This document shows, piece after piece, positions 47,466 to 56,700 of a DNA stretch of 57,896 nt; within the stretch, counting starts at the first letter, position 1; each line of letters starts with the position of its first letter. Source of the stretch: an uncultured Terricaulis sp. (lineage in GTDB: Bacteria; Pseudomonadota; Alphaproteobacteria; Caulobacterales; Aquidulcibacteraceae); NCBI GenBank assembly GCA_964446305.1, contig CAYUOC010000001.1:1502-59397 (forward strand), in the 5' to 3' direction. The notes below the pieces were generated by a model. The model was not told where the DNA came from. It saw nothing but the letters and a program-made list of their open reading frames with translations, and did no database searches. The position numbers were made by a program, and so were the translations under genes.

Positions 47466-48557
47466 CTAACCGACGCGCCGCTCGTTTAAGATGGCCGTCG
47501 CGGCGGCGATCTTGGACGCCTCGCCTGCAAACTGCGCCCGGTATGCAGACGGGGCGAGGCCAGCCCAGGCGATGAAATGGCGGGAAAAGCTCCCTGGCTC
47601 GCTAAAGCCGAGCAAAGCGGCAATGGCGCTGATCGGCATATCGCTCGCAAGCAGATACGCCCCCGCCAGTTCGCCACGCAGACGCGTCTTGATGTCCTGA
47701 AAACTCTCGCCCTCTTGAGCAAGGTCTTGGCGCAAACGGCGTGGTCGCGTGCGCAAGCGCGCTGCAACCACTTCGATCGGCGCTGACCACATGCCGGCTT
47801 TTTGCAAGTCGATAAGCACTTGCTGGGTCTTGATCTGCCAGTTCAGGCCGCCGCTCGGGCGCGTGAACCAATCGGGGGCGCCAGCATAATAGGTCTCGTA
47901 TTCCTGAATCGATGAATGGATCAAGCGAACGGTCAGATCGCTCCAGTCGTAGCAGAGCGCATCATGCGGCGCGTTGAACGTAACCGGACAGTTGAAGAGC
48001 GCAAAACGATCAAATCCGTTCTCTTGCACCGGACGAGGTCCTCTGATCGAGAGACCACGCAAAGCCACCGGCCGTCCGATCAGCCAGCTGAACAGGTGAT
48101 AGATCCACACAAACCGAATCCACACGAGGATGTCGCGGTCGAGCCCCTCGATCGTGTGATACTTGCAGATGTGATGAAGGCCAGCACCGTGCTCCTCGGC
48201 GATCACCGGTCCCACATCGGTAGACATCGCATCGGTGAAGCGAATGCTGACACGCAACGCCTCGCCGAAAGTGCTGCAATGCAGGAAAGATAGCAGCCGC
48301 TCGGTTTCGAGCGCCATGCGGATGCCGTGCGGCAAGAATCCCAGATATACATCGTCGAGCGACAGCTGAATGGCGCGCACAAGCCGAACGAGCGAGGGGC
48401 CATCGATGGCGCGGGTGACGCTACCATAAATTGCGGGGTCAATCTCTGCGTCTTGCAAAATCAAGAACGGGTCTCGCCCCTTCAACAAGGCGCCGCCGAG
48501 CAACTTTGCGACCGCTTCGCCGTCAAGCCCACATTCTTGCTGGTTCATTGCGCTCAT
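47466..48557 (-). CDS. AraC family transcriptional regulator
   Basis: C-terminal double HTH (R.L..EG.SF, IAALLGFSEPGSFSR.F..W.G..P..YR) and N-terminal ligand-binding domain. Confidence 0.9.
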   Translation of the reverse strand: MSAMNQQECGLDGEAVAKLLGGALLKGRDPFLILQDAEIDPAIYGSVTRAIDGPSLVRLVRAIQLSLDDVYLGFLPHGIRMALETERLLSFLHCSTFGEALRVSIRFTDAMSTDVGPVIAEEHGAGLHHICKYHTIEGLDRDILVWIRFVWIYHLFSWLIGRPVALRGLSIRGPRPVQENGFDRFALFNCPVTFNAPHDALCYDWSDLTVRLIHSSIQEYETYYAGAPDWFTRPSGGLNWQIKTQQVLIDLQKAGMWSAPIEVVAARLRTRPRRLRQDLAQEGESFQDIKTRLRGELAGAYLLASDMPISAIAALLGFSEPGSFSRHFIAWAGLAPSAYRAQFAGEASKIAAATAILNERRVG

Positions 48558-48713
48558 TTCGCTTCGCGCCTTTTGCCTTCCTCGCCCGGGGTCGCGTTCT
48601 TAGCATCGCGACTTCAATGCGCCAGCAGACACTCGCGGCTTCCCACCGCGGCCCTTCGCGACGTATTCGTCAGGCGCAACGAAAGTTGCACGTGCCATCG
48701 GCCGCTTTGGTTA

Positions 48714-51700
48714 TCACAGAGCGGCACGCGCTACGGCCATCACGTTGTCGTCCGAGTTGCGGTCAATGCGCTTATTATAGGGATCAACGCCAGCAAAACG
48801 CGGCTCGCGATCGACGGTCAGCGTGATGGTTTGGCGACCGCTACGGACCGAATGGCGCTCGAATAGCACCACGTCGGACGACGCGAATGCCCCCTCGCCC
48901 GGCTCGGCGGTGAAGATGCCGATCTCAAACTCTTCGTCGAGCGGCGCTTCGGTTTCTGCGCCTTCGCCGTCAGCATAGAGCTTGCGGGCTTCGACCACCA
49001 TGGTGACGTCCCACCGGCCATCGCTCCGCTCGCGGGTCTGGGCTGACACGACGCGCGCATCGTAAAGCGTGATCCGTTCGAAGAGATCGGTGATCAGGTC
49101 CTGGTGCGCAGGATTGTCGCCGACCTCCTCACGCAAAATGCGGACAAAATCGCTTGAGCGCGGATAGGGCGCGCCGCGGAACGCATATTCCTGCAACAGA
49201 CGCTGCATGGCGCGGTTTACCGGCTCCTCGCCCACTTCGTTGCGCAGGAAGTACATGACCACACCGCCCTTGCGGTAGTGGATGTAGCCCTGGTTCTCCA
49301 CCCGCATCAGCGGCAATTCCTCGATCACCTCGCCGCCGCGTGAACGGAGATAATTGTCGAGCTCCTGGCGCAGGAAGCGGCGCACCTGGTCGCGACCTAA
49401 GATTTCCTCCATCACCAGCAACGCCGAATAGGAGGCGAAGGTCTCCGACAGCATGGTCGAGCCTTGCATGTCGGCGCCGATAAGCTGGTGCGCCCACCAT
49501 TGATGCGCGATCTCGTGCGCGGTGACGTAGGTGACGTAATCGACCTTCTCGGTCTCGCGCTCGGCCGTCGCGTCATCGTATCGGGCGATAAAGCCGATGC
49601 TTTCCGAATACGGCACCGTATTGGCGAAGGATTGCGCAAACTGGGCGTACGCCGGAAATTCCAGGATCCGCATCTGCCGGAACTGGAATGGCGAAAACTC
49701 GCGGGTGAAGACATCAAACGATACCTTCATTGCGCGCATCATGCGGTCGACGTTGTACGGGTGGTGGCGATCATAATAAACCGCCAGCTCAACATCGTTC
49801 CAGCGATCGCGCGCCACTTCGTAATCAGCGGACTGGATCGAGAAGAAATGCATGATCGGCGCGTCGGTGCGGAAGCGCGTCGTGACACGGCCGTTCACCG
49901 TCTCACTCGACACTTCGTAACCGGGTGCGATCGGAATTTGCCCAGCGTCCGTTGTCACGGTGATATCGGCATTCACCCAATCCGCATCGTGACGCAGATA
50001 CTGGAACTGACGCGCATCATCGTCTTCCAGACGCGCCATGCGCAGATCCGGCTCAAGCCCATAGCGGCGCCGGCGGGCGCGATCTTGTAAGAGGCCGCTG
50101 CGGTCAAAGCCAAGCACCGGCGCCAACATCCGGTCGTTCATGAACGTACCGTTATTGTTCACCGGGATCGCACTGCCGTCATTGGTAAAGCCGGGCGCCT
50201 CGTAGCGCGTGGTGAAGCGGATTTGCCGGCGTTCGTTCGGTTGCATCGGCGTTTCGAACCGCCAGATCTGGAACGGGAAGCTCTGTTCGTGCTCAGCAAA
50301 ATCGTCGGCCAATGTGGCGCCGTCAATTTCGACAGTGTCGAGTTCAAGCTGCTGTGGCCACATCAGATGGACTTCGGTGAGCGCAGCGCCTGTGCGGTTC
50401 TCGATCGTGTAGGAGCCTGTCGTCACGGCGCGATGTTCGCGGGGAAACAGTTCGACGTTCAGCACGACGTCAGTCACCTTCGGCTGGGGCGCATCTTCGT
50501 ATTGAAGGAGCGCGCGCTCCATGTCGGCGAGACGCGCCTCGCCCGCGAGGCTGGAGCGATAATCGTTGAGAACGTTGGTATTGTAGTAGATCCAGCCACC
50601 CACGCCAGCGAAGCTCACCAGCAGGACCGCGACGGTGGCGCCAGCGGCTCCCGCCAGTCGCCTTGGCAAGCGCACAAGCTGCGGGATGAGGCGCGTATCG
50701 GCGCCGCGGCGCCAGAGCGTGTAGCTCAACACAATGAGCAACAGCGCAAAGATGGACCAATAGAGCTGGAACCAAGCCGCGCCGATCCAGTAGTGGCTGT
50801 GCTCGTTCATCTCCGAGAGCGGCGTGTTCGGCGTGTTGCCGTAGAGATAGAGGTTATGATCGAAGCCGAGCTGCGACAGCGTGATCGAGCCGATCAGATA
50901 GATCAGCATCACGCCCCAACCGATGAATTTGTGCGGCGTCACCACCTGGGCAAAGACCGCAAGCGCTGCGAAGGTGAAGCACGAATAAAGCGCAGGCAGC
51001 GCATACCAGGTCAGGTATTGCCCAATATTGACAGCGCTAAACCCCTTCAGCACCTGAACCAGCACGCCCGCCAGCACGCTGACGGCAATGCAAGATGCGA
51101 GCACCGCGAACAGCGCCAGCACCTTCGGCGCTACGAACGTCCAATCCGGCGCGGGCGTAGTGTCGACGATCTCGTGCATGCGCTTTTCGCGGTCGCGCCA
51201 CACCAGCTCGCCCGAATAATAGCTCGCGATGATGATTGGAAAGAGTGTGAAAGAACCTAGGAGCGCCTGCGCCATCAGCATCGTCACGGGAAAGACGGTG
51301 ATGTTGCCGCCAAGACTATCGGCATACCAAAGGGCGCCGTAGGCGTTTAGCAGCCCCACCATCAACAACACGATGAAGGCCGGGCCGGTCATCACATACG
51401 CGAACTCGAAGCGCGCGCGCGCAAGCATCTGCGACCAAGCTGCGCCGCCCGTGAAGCTGCGCCGCGCGGCATGACCGGCCGTCGTGATGAGCGGGTCCGT
51501 CGCAGCTTGCGCGTCGAGCTTGGCGCGCTTGCGGCTGGCCTTGGAGCCTTTAGCTGAGAAGGAGAATAGGAAATATGACGCCGCCAGGGACACGAGCGCC
51601 ACGCCCATCCAGATCGCGCGGTTTATCAGCCAGCCCTCGGCGATGGGCGGCGCCAGCGTGTTGCGCTCAGCCGCGGTCCAATAGCGCGTCTCCTGCACGA

Positions 51701-52346
51701 GCGCGCCGATGCCATATGGCTCAAGCAAGTTGACGAGGTCTTCGTGCTCGGGGCGATTGAAGATGCCACTCAGCACAAAGTAGAGCACGAGAAACGTAAC
51801 CAGCCCGACATAGCTGCCCATCATCGAGCGGGTGATGGTCGCAAGCGCGAAGAACATGCATGCGCACAAAAACAGCGTCGGGACGCCGGCGACGAAATAG
51901 CCGTACAGGTAATGCCAGCCCACGAACGGCCCGATGGTCTCGGGATCGACCCACGGCATGAACGAGCCGATCATCATGCCGATCGGCACCGCGGTCAGCA
52001 CAATCATGCTCGCGATGAAGGCGCCGGTGAACCGTCCGAACAGATAGTCGAACTTGCTCATCCGCGTTGATTGGATGATGGGACCAAACCCGGTTTCGAC
52101 GTCGCGAAGGATAACGTTTGCGACGAACGCGACGACGACGAATTGCGCGAAGATCGCCATCACCGCCGTCGACATGATGATCGAGAACGGACTGTTCTCG
52201 TGGATATTGCCCCCGCCTCCGCCGATCGAGACGTTGTCGCTTGAGACAGCGAAGAACGTCAGTAGGAAGAAGAGGAGAAAGACGATCCAGAGCACGGGGC
52301 TCTTGAGCTGATACCGGAGCTCAAAGCCGGCGATTTTTCCGAACAT
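48714..52346 (-). CDS. ABC-2 type permease fused to M1-family metallopeptidase
   Basis: Two tandem multi-TM permease halves followed by a soluble domain with HEIAH-X18-E and Y..Y.KG. Confidence 0.9.
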   Translation of the reverse strand: MFGKIAGFELRYQLKSPVLWIVFLLFFLLTFFAVSSDNVSIGGGGGNIHENSPFSIIMSTAVMAIFAQFVVVAFVANVILRDVETGFGPIIQSTRMSKFDYLFGRFTGAFIASMIVLTAVPIGMMIGSFMPWVDPETIGPFVGWHYLYGYFVAGVPTLFLCACMFFALATITRSMMGSYVGLVTFLVLYFVLSGIFNRPEHEDLVNLLEPYGIGALVQETRYWTAAERNTLAPPIAEGWLINRAIWMGVALVSLAASYFLFSFSAKGSKASRKRAKLDAQAATDPLITTAGHAARRSFTGGAAWSQMLARARFEFAYVMTGPAFIVLLMVGLLNAYGALWYADSLGGNITVFPVTMLMAQALLGSFTLFPIIIASYYSGELVWRDREKRMHEIVDTTPAPDWTFVAPKVLALFAVLASCIAVSVLAGVLVQVLKGFSAVNIGQYLTWYALPALYSCFTFAALAVFAQVVTPHKFIGWGVMLIYLIGSITLSQLGFDHNLYLYGNTPNTPLSEMNEHSHYWIGAAWFQLYWSIFALLLIVLSYTLWRRGADTRLIPQLVRLPRRLAGAAGATVAVLLVSFAGVGGWIYYNTNVLNDYRSSLAGEARLADMERALLQYEDAPQPKVTDVVLNVELFPREHRAVTTGSYTIENRTGAALTEVHLMWPQQLELDTVEIDGATLADDFAEHEQSFPFQIWRFETPMQPNERRQIRFTTRYEAPGFTNDGSAIPVNNNGTFMNDRMLAPVLGFDRSGLLQDRARRRRYGLEPDLRMARLEDDDARQFQYLRHDADWVNADITVTTDAGQIPIAPGYEVSSETVNGRVTTRFRTDAPIMHFFSIQSADYEVARDRWNDVELAVYYDRHHPYNVDRMMRAMKVSFDVFTREFSPFQFRQMRILEFPAYAQFAQSFANTVPYSESIGFIARYDDATAERETEKVDYVTYVTAHEIAHQWWAHQLIGADMQGSTMLSETFASYSALLVMEEILGRDQVRRFLRQELDNYLRSRGGEVIEELPLMRVENQGYIHYRKGGVVMYFLRNEVGEEPVNRAMQRLLQEYAFRGAPYPRSSDFVRILREEVGDNPAHQDLITDLFERITLYDARVVSAQTRERSDGRWDVTMVVEARKLYADGEGAETEAPLDEEFEIGIFTAEPGEGAFASSDVVLFERHSVRSGRQTITLTVDREPRFAGVDPYNKRIDRNSDDNVMAVARAAL

Positions 52347-52360
52347 TGATGGGGCTCCGC

Positions 52361-53239
52361 TCAGGCAGCAGCGCGCGAGGCGGCGATCTTGGAGAAGTAG
52401 ACGTCCTCAAGCCCGCCCTCGACCGGCGCGAAGTCCGGTCCGGGTTGCGTTGGCGACAGCACATGGATCACCGTGCGCCCGCCGACGAGACGCTCGGAAA
52501 TCACTGCGTGTTGCGCTCGAACGCCCTCGAGCGCTTCACGCGCAATCGTCGTGCGCCACACCTGGCCTTGCACCGACTGTCGCAATTGCTCAGGAGCGCC
52601 TTCGCTCACCACTTTGCCACCAGCAAGGATCGCCATGCGGGAACAGAGCTGCGCCACGTCTTCGACGATGTGCGTTGAGAGGATGACGACGACTTCGTCG
52701 CCGATCGCGGCTAGCAGATTGAGAAAGCGGTTGCGTTCTTCGGGATCAAGGCCAGCTGTGGGTTCGTCGACAATCACGAGCTTTGGCTGACCAATCAGCG
52801 CCTGAGCAATGCCGAAGCGCTGGCGCATGCCGCCAGAATATCCGGCGAGCGACTTCTTGCGCACCTTCCAGAGATTCACTTGGTTGAGCAGCGCGCTGAC
52901 GGTCTCGCGCCGCTCCTTGCCGTTGGCGATCCCCTTCAGCACCGCGAGGTGGTCGAGCATCGCTTCAGCGCTCACGCGCGGATAGACGCCGAAATCCTGG
53001 GGCAGGTAGCCGAGCGTCCGCCGCAACAGATCAGGCTGCTTGATGACGTCGATGTCGCCGAAGCGCACGGCGCCGGAGCTGGGGGTCTGCAGCGTCGCCA
53101 CTACGCGCATCAAAGTCGACTTGCCCGCGCCGTTCGGCCCCAAAAGACCGAACATCCCGGTTCCTATCGAGAGCGTGACATTGTCCAGAGCAACCACGCC
53201 ATTTGGATAGCGATGTGTGAGGTTCTCTATTTGCAGCAT
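52361..53239 (-). CDS. ABC transporter ATP-binding protein
   Basis: GPNGAGKST, YSGGMRQR, IVDEPTAGLD, STH. Confidence 0.96.
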   Translation of the reverse strand: MLQIENLTHRYPNGVVALDNVTLSIGTGMFGLLGPNGAGKSTLMRVVATLQTPSSGAVRFGDIDVIKQPDLLRRTLGYLPQDFGVYPRVSAEAMLDHLAVLKGIANGKERRETVSALLNQVNLWKVRKKSLAGYSGGMRQRFGIAQALIGQPKLVIVDEPTAGLDPEERNRFLNLLAAIGDEVVVILSTHIVEDVAQLCSRMAILAGGKVVSEGAPEQLRQSVQGQVWRTTIAREALEGVRAQHAVISERLVGGRTVIHVLSPTQPGPDFAPVEGGLEDVYFSKIAASRAAA

Positions 53240-53281
53240 GTCCGTTCCCCGCTCGCGAGGCATCGACGCGCCCCTGCTTAT

Positions 53282-53338
53282 TATCGATCTTCAATAAATT
53301 CGACAGCAATGGTCAAGCGTTTTTATCGTTTAGCGATA
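53282..53338. promoter_or_regulatory. Pair of palindromic operators upstream of the ABC operon
   Basis: TATCG-N5-CAATA (53282-53296) and TATCG-N5-CGATA (53324-53338) flank a minus-strand TTGACC in an AT-rich patch. Confidence 0.55.
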
Positions 53339-53555
53339 TAAATACCGATCGAGGCGACGAATGGCGCCCCAGGCTACGCTTCGGCATGCTGGAACAGGCC
53401 GCCGGTCTTCCGGGTCGCCGCTTCTCGACATTGATCAGCGCGCCGGCTGGCGGCGGGCTGCGCCCGCGCTACGGGAGACGCCCCCACTCCCGCCACACCC
53501 GGCCGCGCAGACGGCGCGGCTGCAGAAGTACCATTCTGGAGACAACGACTAAACC

Positions 53556-53630
53556 TGGTGCCACGGGAGAGGATTGAACTCTCGACCTCACCCTTACCAA
53601 GGGTGCGCTCTACCACTGAGCTACCGCGGC
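53556..53630 (-). tRNA. tRNA-Thr(GGT)
   Basis: GCCGCGGTAGCTCAGTGGTAGAGCGCACCCTTGGTAAGGGTGAGGTCGAGAGTTCAATCCTCTCCCGTGGCACCA: cloverleaf, anticodon GGT, encoded CCA. Confidence 0.97.
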
Positions 53631-53724
53631 GGCCGACCAATTTGGATTGGCGCGAAGCGGGGCTTCTAACCGGCTCCGCTCCCTATTGGAAGCCCGGCGG
53701 CGCCGCACCTTGGGGAGCGCGCGA

Positions 53725-56700
53725 TCAGCCCCCCAGACGGGCCAATGCCGCCTGATAATTGGCGAGCTGGGCCGAATAATACTCAGGCGCCGCGCCCATA
53801 TTTTGGCGGCGGGCCAGCAGCGCCTGTTCTGCCTCGGTGAGCGGCTTGGCGTTGGGATTGAGCAGCGCGTCGTAGGCGAGGCGCACGATCGAGATGGCGG
53901 CCGAGAGTTCGGATTTGGCGCTGGTGATTGCCGCTGCGCTATCGAGCTTCAGGCCCACCAGACCCAAGCCATAGGTTTTCAGAGCGCCCCGCCCGGCGGA
54001 GCTTTCAGCAATGATGCCTTGCGAGAGGCCGAGCGCCGGCAGCGCGTCGCGCGAAGCGGCGCCGCCATCCAGACGAATGGCCTGCCCCGCGCGCGGCGTG
54101 ATCTTGATGCGCTCGATGCCTTCTTCCTTCACGATCACGGCGCGGCCGGCCGAGCCGATGGCGCGGTTGATCGTAGAGACAAGCGTCGCGAGCGTATCCT
54201 TCTCGGCAATGCGGATCGTCGTCAGGCGGCGGCCGTCGACGCCGATGCGGAATTCATCGCCGGCGCGCAGCGCGCTGCGATTGGTCAGCAGGCCGGAATC
54301 GTTTGCCGCCACCGTGCCCCGCGGGAGCCCAAGCACATCAAGCGGAGAGGCGCCGGCTTGATCGATTGCCAAGCTCGTCAGCGACACCGCCCCGCCGGCG
54401 GAGGTGAAGGTTCGCATCCACTCGGTTTCGCCGTCGTCGCTCAGGCGGGTGAGGAAACTCATCGGTGAGTTCGCTGCGCCGGAGCCGGCGATGGCCCCGC
54501 CGGTAACGCCGGCCGCGTAGACATCACCATTGACGAGCGCGAGGCTCTTCACTGCGTCGTCCTGCGCCGAGCCCAGGTACGTCGCGCGGTCAAGGCCGGT
54601 TGATGTGAGATCCGCGTCGATCCGCGCAACAAATCCCTCTTGGCCGGCGACGGCGCCGCGCGCGGTTTCGCCAAGCGTGAGACGATCAGCGCCAATCTCG
54701 CCGCCGACATAGAGTGAGGCGCCATCGATCGCGAGCGCATTGATGGCGCCTTTGTAGAAATAGCCGATGTCGCGGGTTTGGCCGACGCTGAAGCCCGCAC
54801 CGCTGGAATAGCTGAAGCTGCGGAGCACGCCGCGATTGTCTTCGACGCCGCCAGTGAAAATATCGATGCCGCCGGCGCCGTTGTCGCGGACGAGCAGCGC
54901 CGTGGCCGCGTCCGCGCCTGATGTGCCGAACTGGCGCGTGAAGAGCTCAAGACCACCAGCGCTGTAGCCGCGCACATAGGCATCCGTGCCGCCGGCGCTG
55001 ACTTGTCCGGTCAGCGCGGCGTCGGTCTTGCCGGACACGATAACGCTGCCGTTCGGCGCAAAGGCGATGGCGAGCGCTTCATCGTTGGCGCTGGCGCCGC
55101 GGCGTGCGGTCCAGAGTTCTTTGCCGCTTGAGTCAAAAACCGTGACGAAAGAGTCCGCGCCGCCCTTCGCGGTTGTGCCGCTGAGATTGCCTTCAACCGA
55201 GCCCGCGACGGCGACTTTGCCATCGGACGAAACGGCAAGCGCGTAGCCGCTGGCCGATTGCGACGCGCCGAGAATTTCGCTGAACACCAACTTTCCGGCG
55301 GAATCGTATTTGAGCAGCGCCACATCGCGAGCGCCCTTGATGTCGCTGGTGGCCGAACCGTCGGTAAGATCGGCGAGAACGTAGACCGAGCCGTCGCCCG
55401 CGGTTGCGACGGAGCGCGCCGTGGCCACCTTCGCGCCGTTGCCGATGCTTACGTCAAACGCGCGGCCCGGAAACCAAGCGGAGGAATTTGCGCTGGGCGC
55501 CGTGAAGGGCGATGTCGCGGAGAGCGTTTGCGTGATTGCGGCGCCGCGCGAGGCGCGCTCGAACACACGAAGCGCGCCGATTGGATCATCCGCGTTGGAG
55601 GCCGCGTCGATGGGATCGAGGGTTGAGGCGACGCTGCTGCCGCCAAGACTAAGCGCGGTGACGCCGCGAATGGTGTTCGACGAGCCCGTGACGATACGGA
55701 GCCCCGCGCCACCACCGGCGAGATTGGTCGCGACCAAGCCGGCGTCATAGCCAGCCGCTGCAAGCGCTTCGTTCAGCCGCAGCGCCGCGCTTTCCAATGT
55801 GCGCGGATCGCCGGGCTGTAGCGTCGCACTGAATGTACGCGGCCCCCAGATCGTATCGAGCGTGATCGAAACATTCTGATCGCCGATGAGCGCCGCAACA
55901 TCATCGCTGACGCCCGTCGCGGCTTCCGCGCTGGTAAAGCTACGTTGCGCGGAGAAGGCGCCGCCCACCGCAAGCGCTGGCTGGTCGCCTTCTAGCGCGA
56001 GCGCGTCGCCATTCACCGTGACGGAGACAAGGCGTTGGCCCGCTCCCTCCGCGACATTCCACAGCGAGAGATCGCCGCCTGGCGCGCTGACGTAGACGCC
56101 AGCAGCGTTGAGTTCCGCATCGAGGCGGGCTTGCAGTGCGGCACTCCACTGACCAGGCGCAAGATCGGGATTGTCGAGCCGCTCTTGCGCGGTGATTTCC
56201 AGCGTAATGGTCTTGTTACCGTTCGCGGTCGCGACGATGACTTCGATGTTCAGCGCGCCGGAATGCGTTGTGAGCGGAGAGCTGCTCGCGCTGTAGCCGC
56301 GAATGGAATCACCGAAAGGCTGGCCGCTCGTCGCCGCAGGCAATCCGCCAACGGCCCAGGCGCCTGGCGCGACAAGATCGGTGTCGTACACTTCCGTGTT
56401 CAGAACAGCGCTGACGTCGATCATGTCGTGCAGCGCATTGATGCGGAGCGTGTAAGAGCCGCCGCCGGTATCGACCATATAGGCGGCCGCGGCGATGCCC
56501 TTCTGGCGCAGCTTTTCATTGAGCTGCGTTTCCATTTGCGCGGCCGTGATGCCGTTCGTCCCGCCATCGATGGTGATGGATTGCGCGCTTGTCCCGACGG
56601 TGAAGGTGAAGGTCTGGCTCTTGGTGAAGACGCCATCCTCCGGGATCACACCCGCCACCTCGAAGCGGCGCGCGAACACGCCATCACGAAGACCGCCGAC

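Larger units (their letters stand above)
39171..53587. mobile_element. 14.4 kb genomic island integrated at tRNA-Thr(GGT); no integrase visible
   Basis: Direct repeat of the tRNA 3' end at both ends; accessory catabolic cargo; visibly more A/T-ending codons in 39.2-48.6 kb. Confidence 0.75.

Noticed and set aside
48676-48697. Possible sigma54 promoter (TGGCAC...TTGC) upstream of araC
   Set aside because: The spacing does not fit TGGCAC-N5-TTGC.
53361-53640. Short ORFs around the tRNA as a possible integrase remnant
   Set aside because: No tyrosine-recombinase motifs (R...HxxR...Y), and two of them overlap the tRNA.
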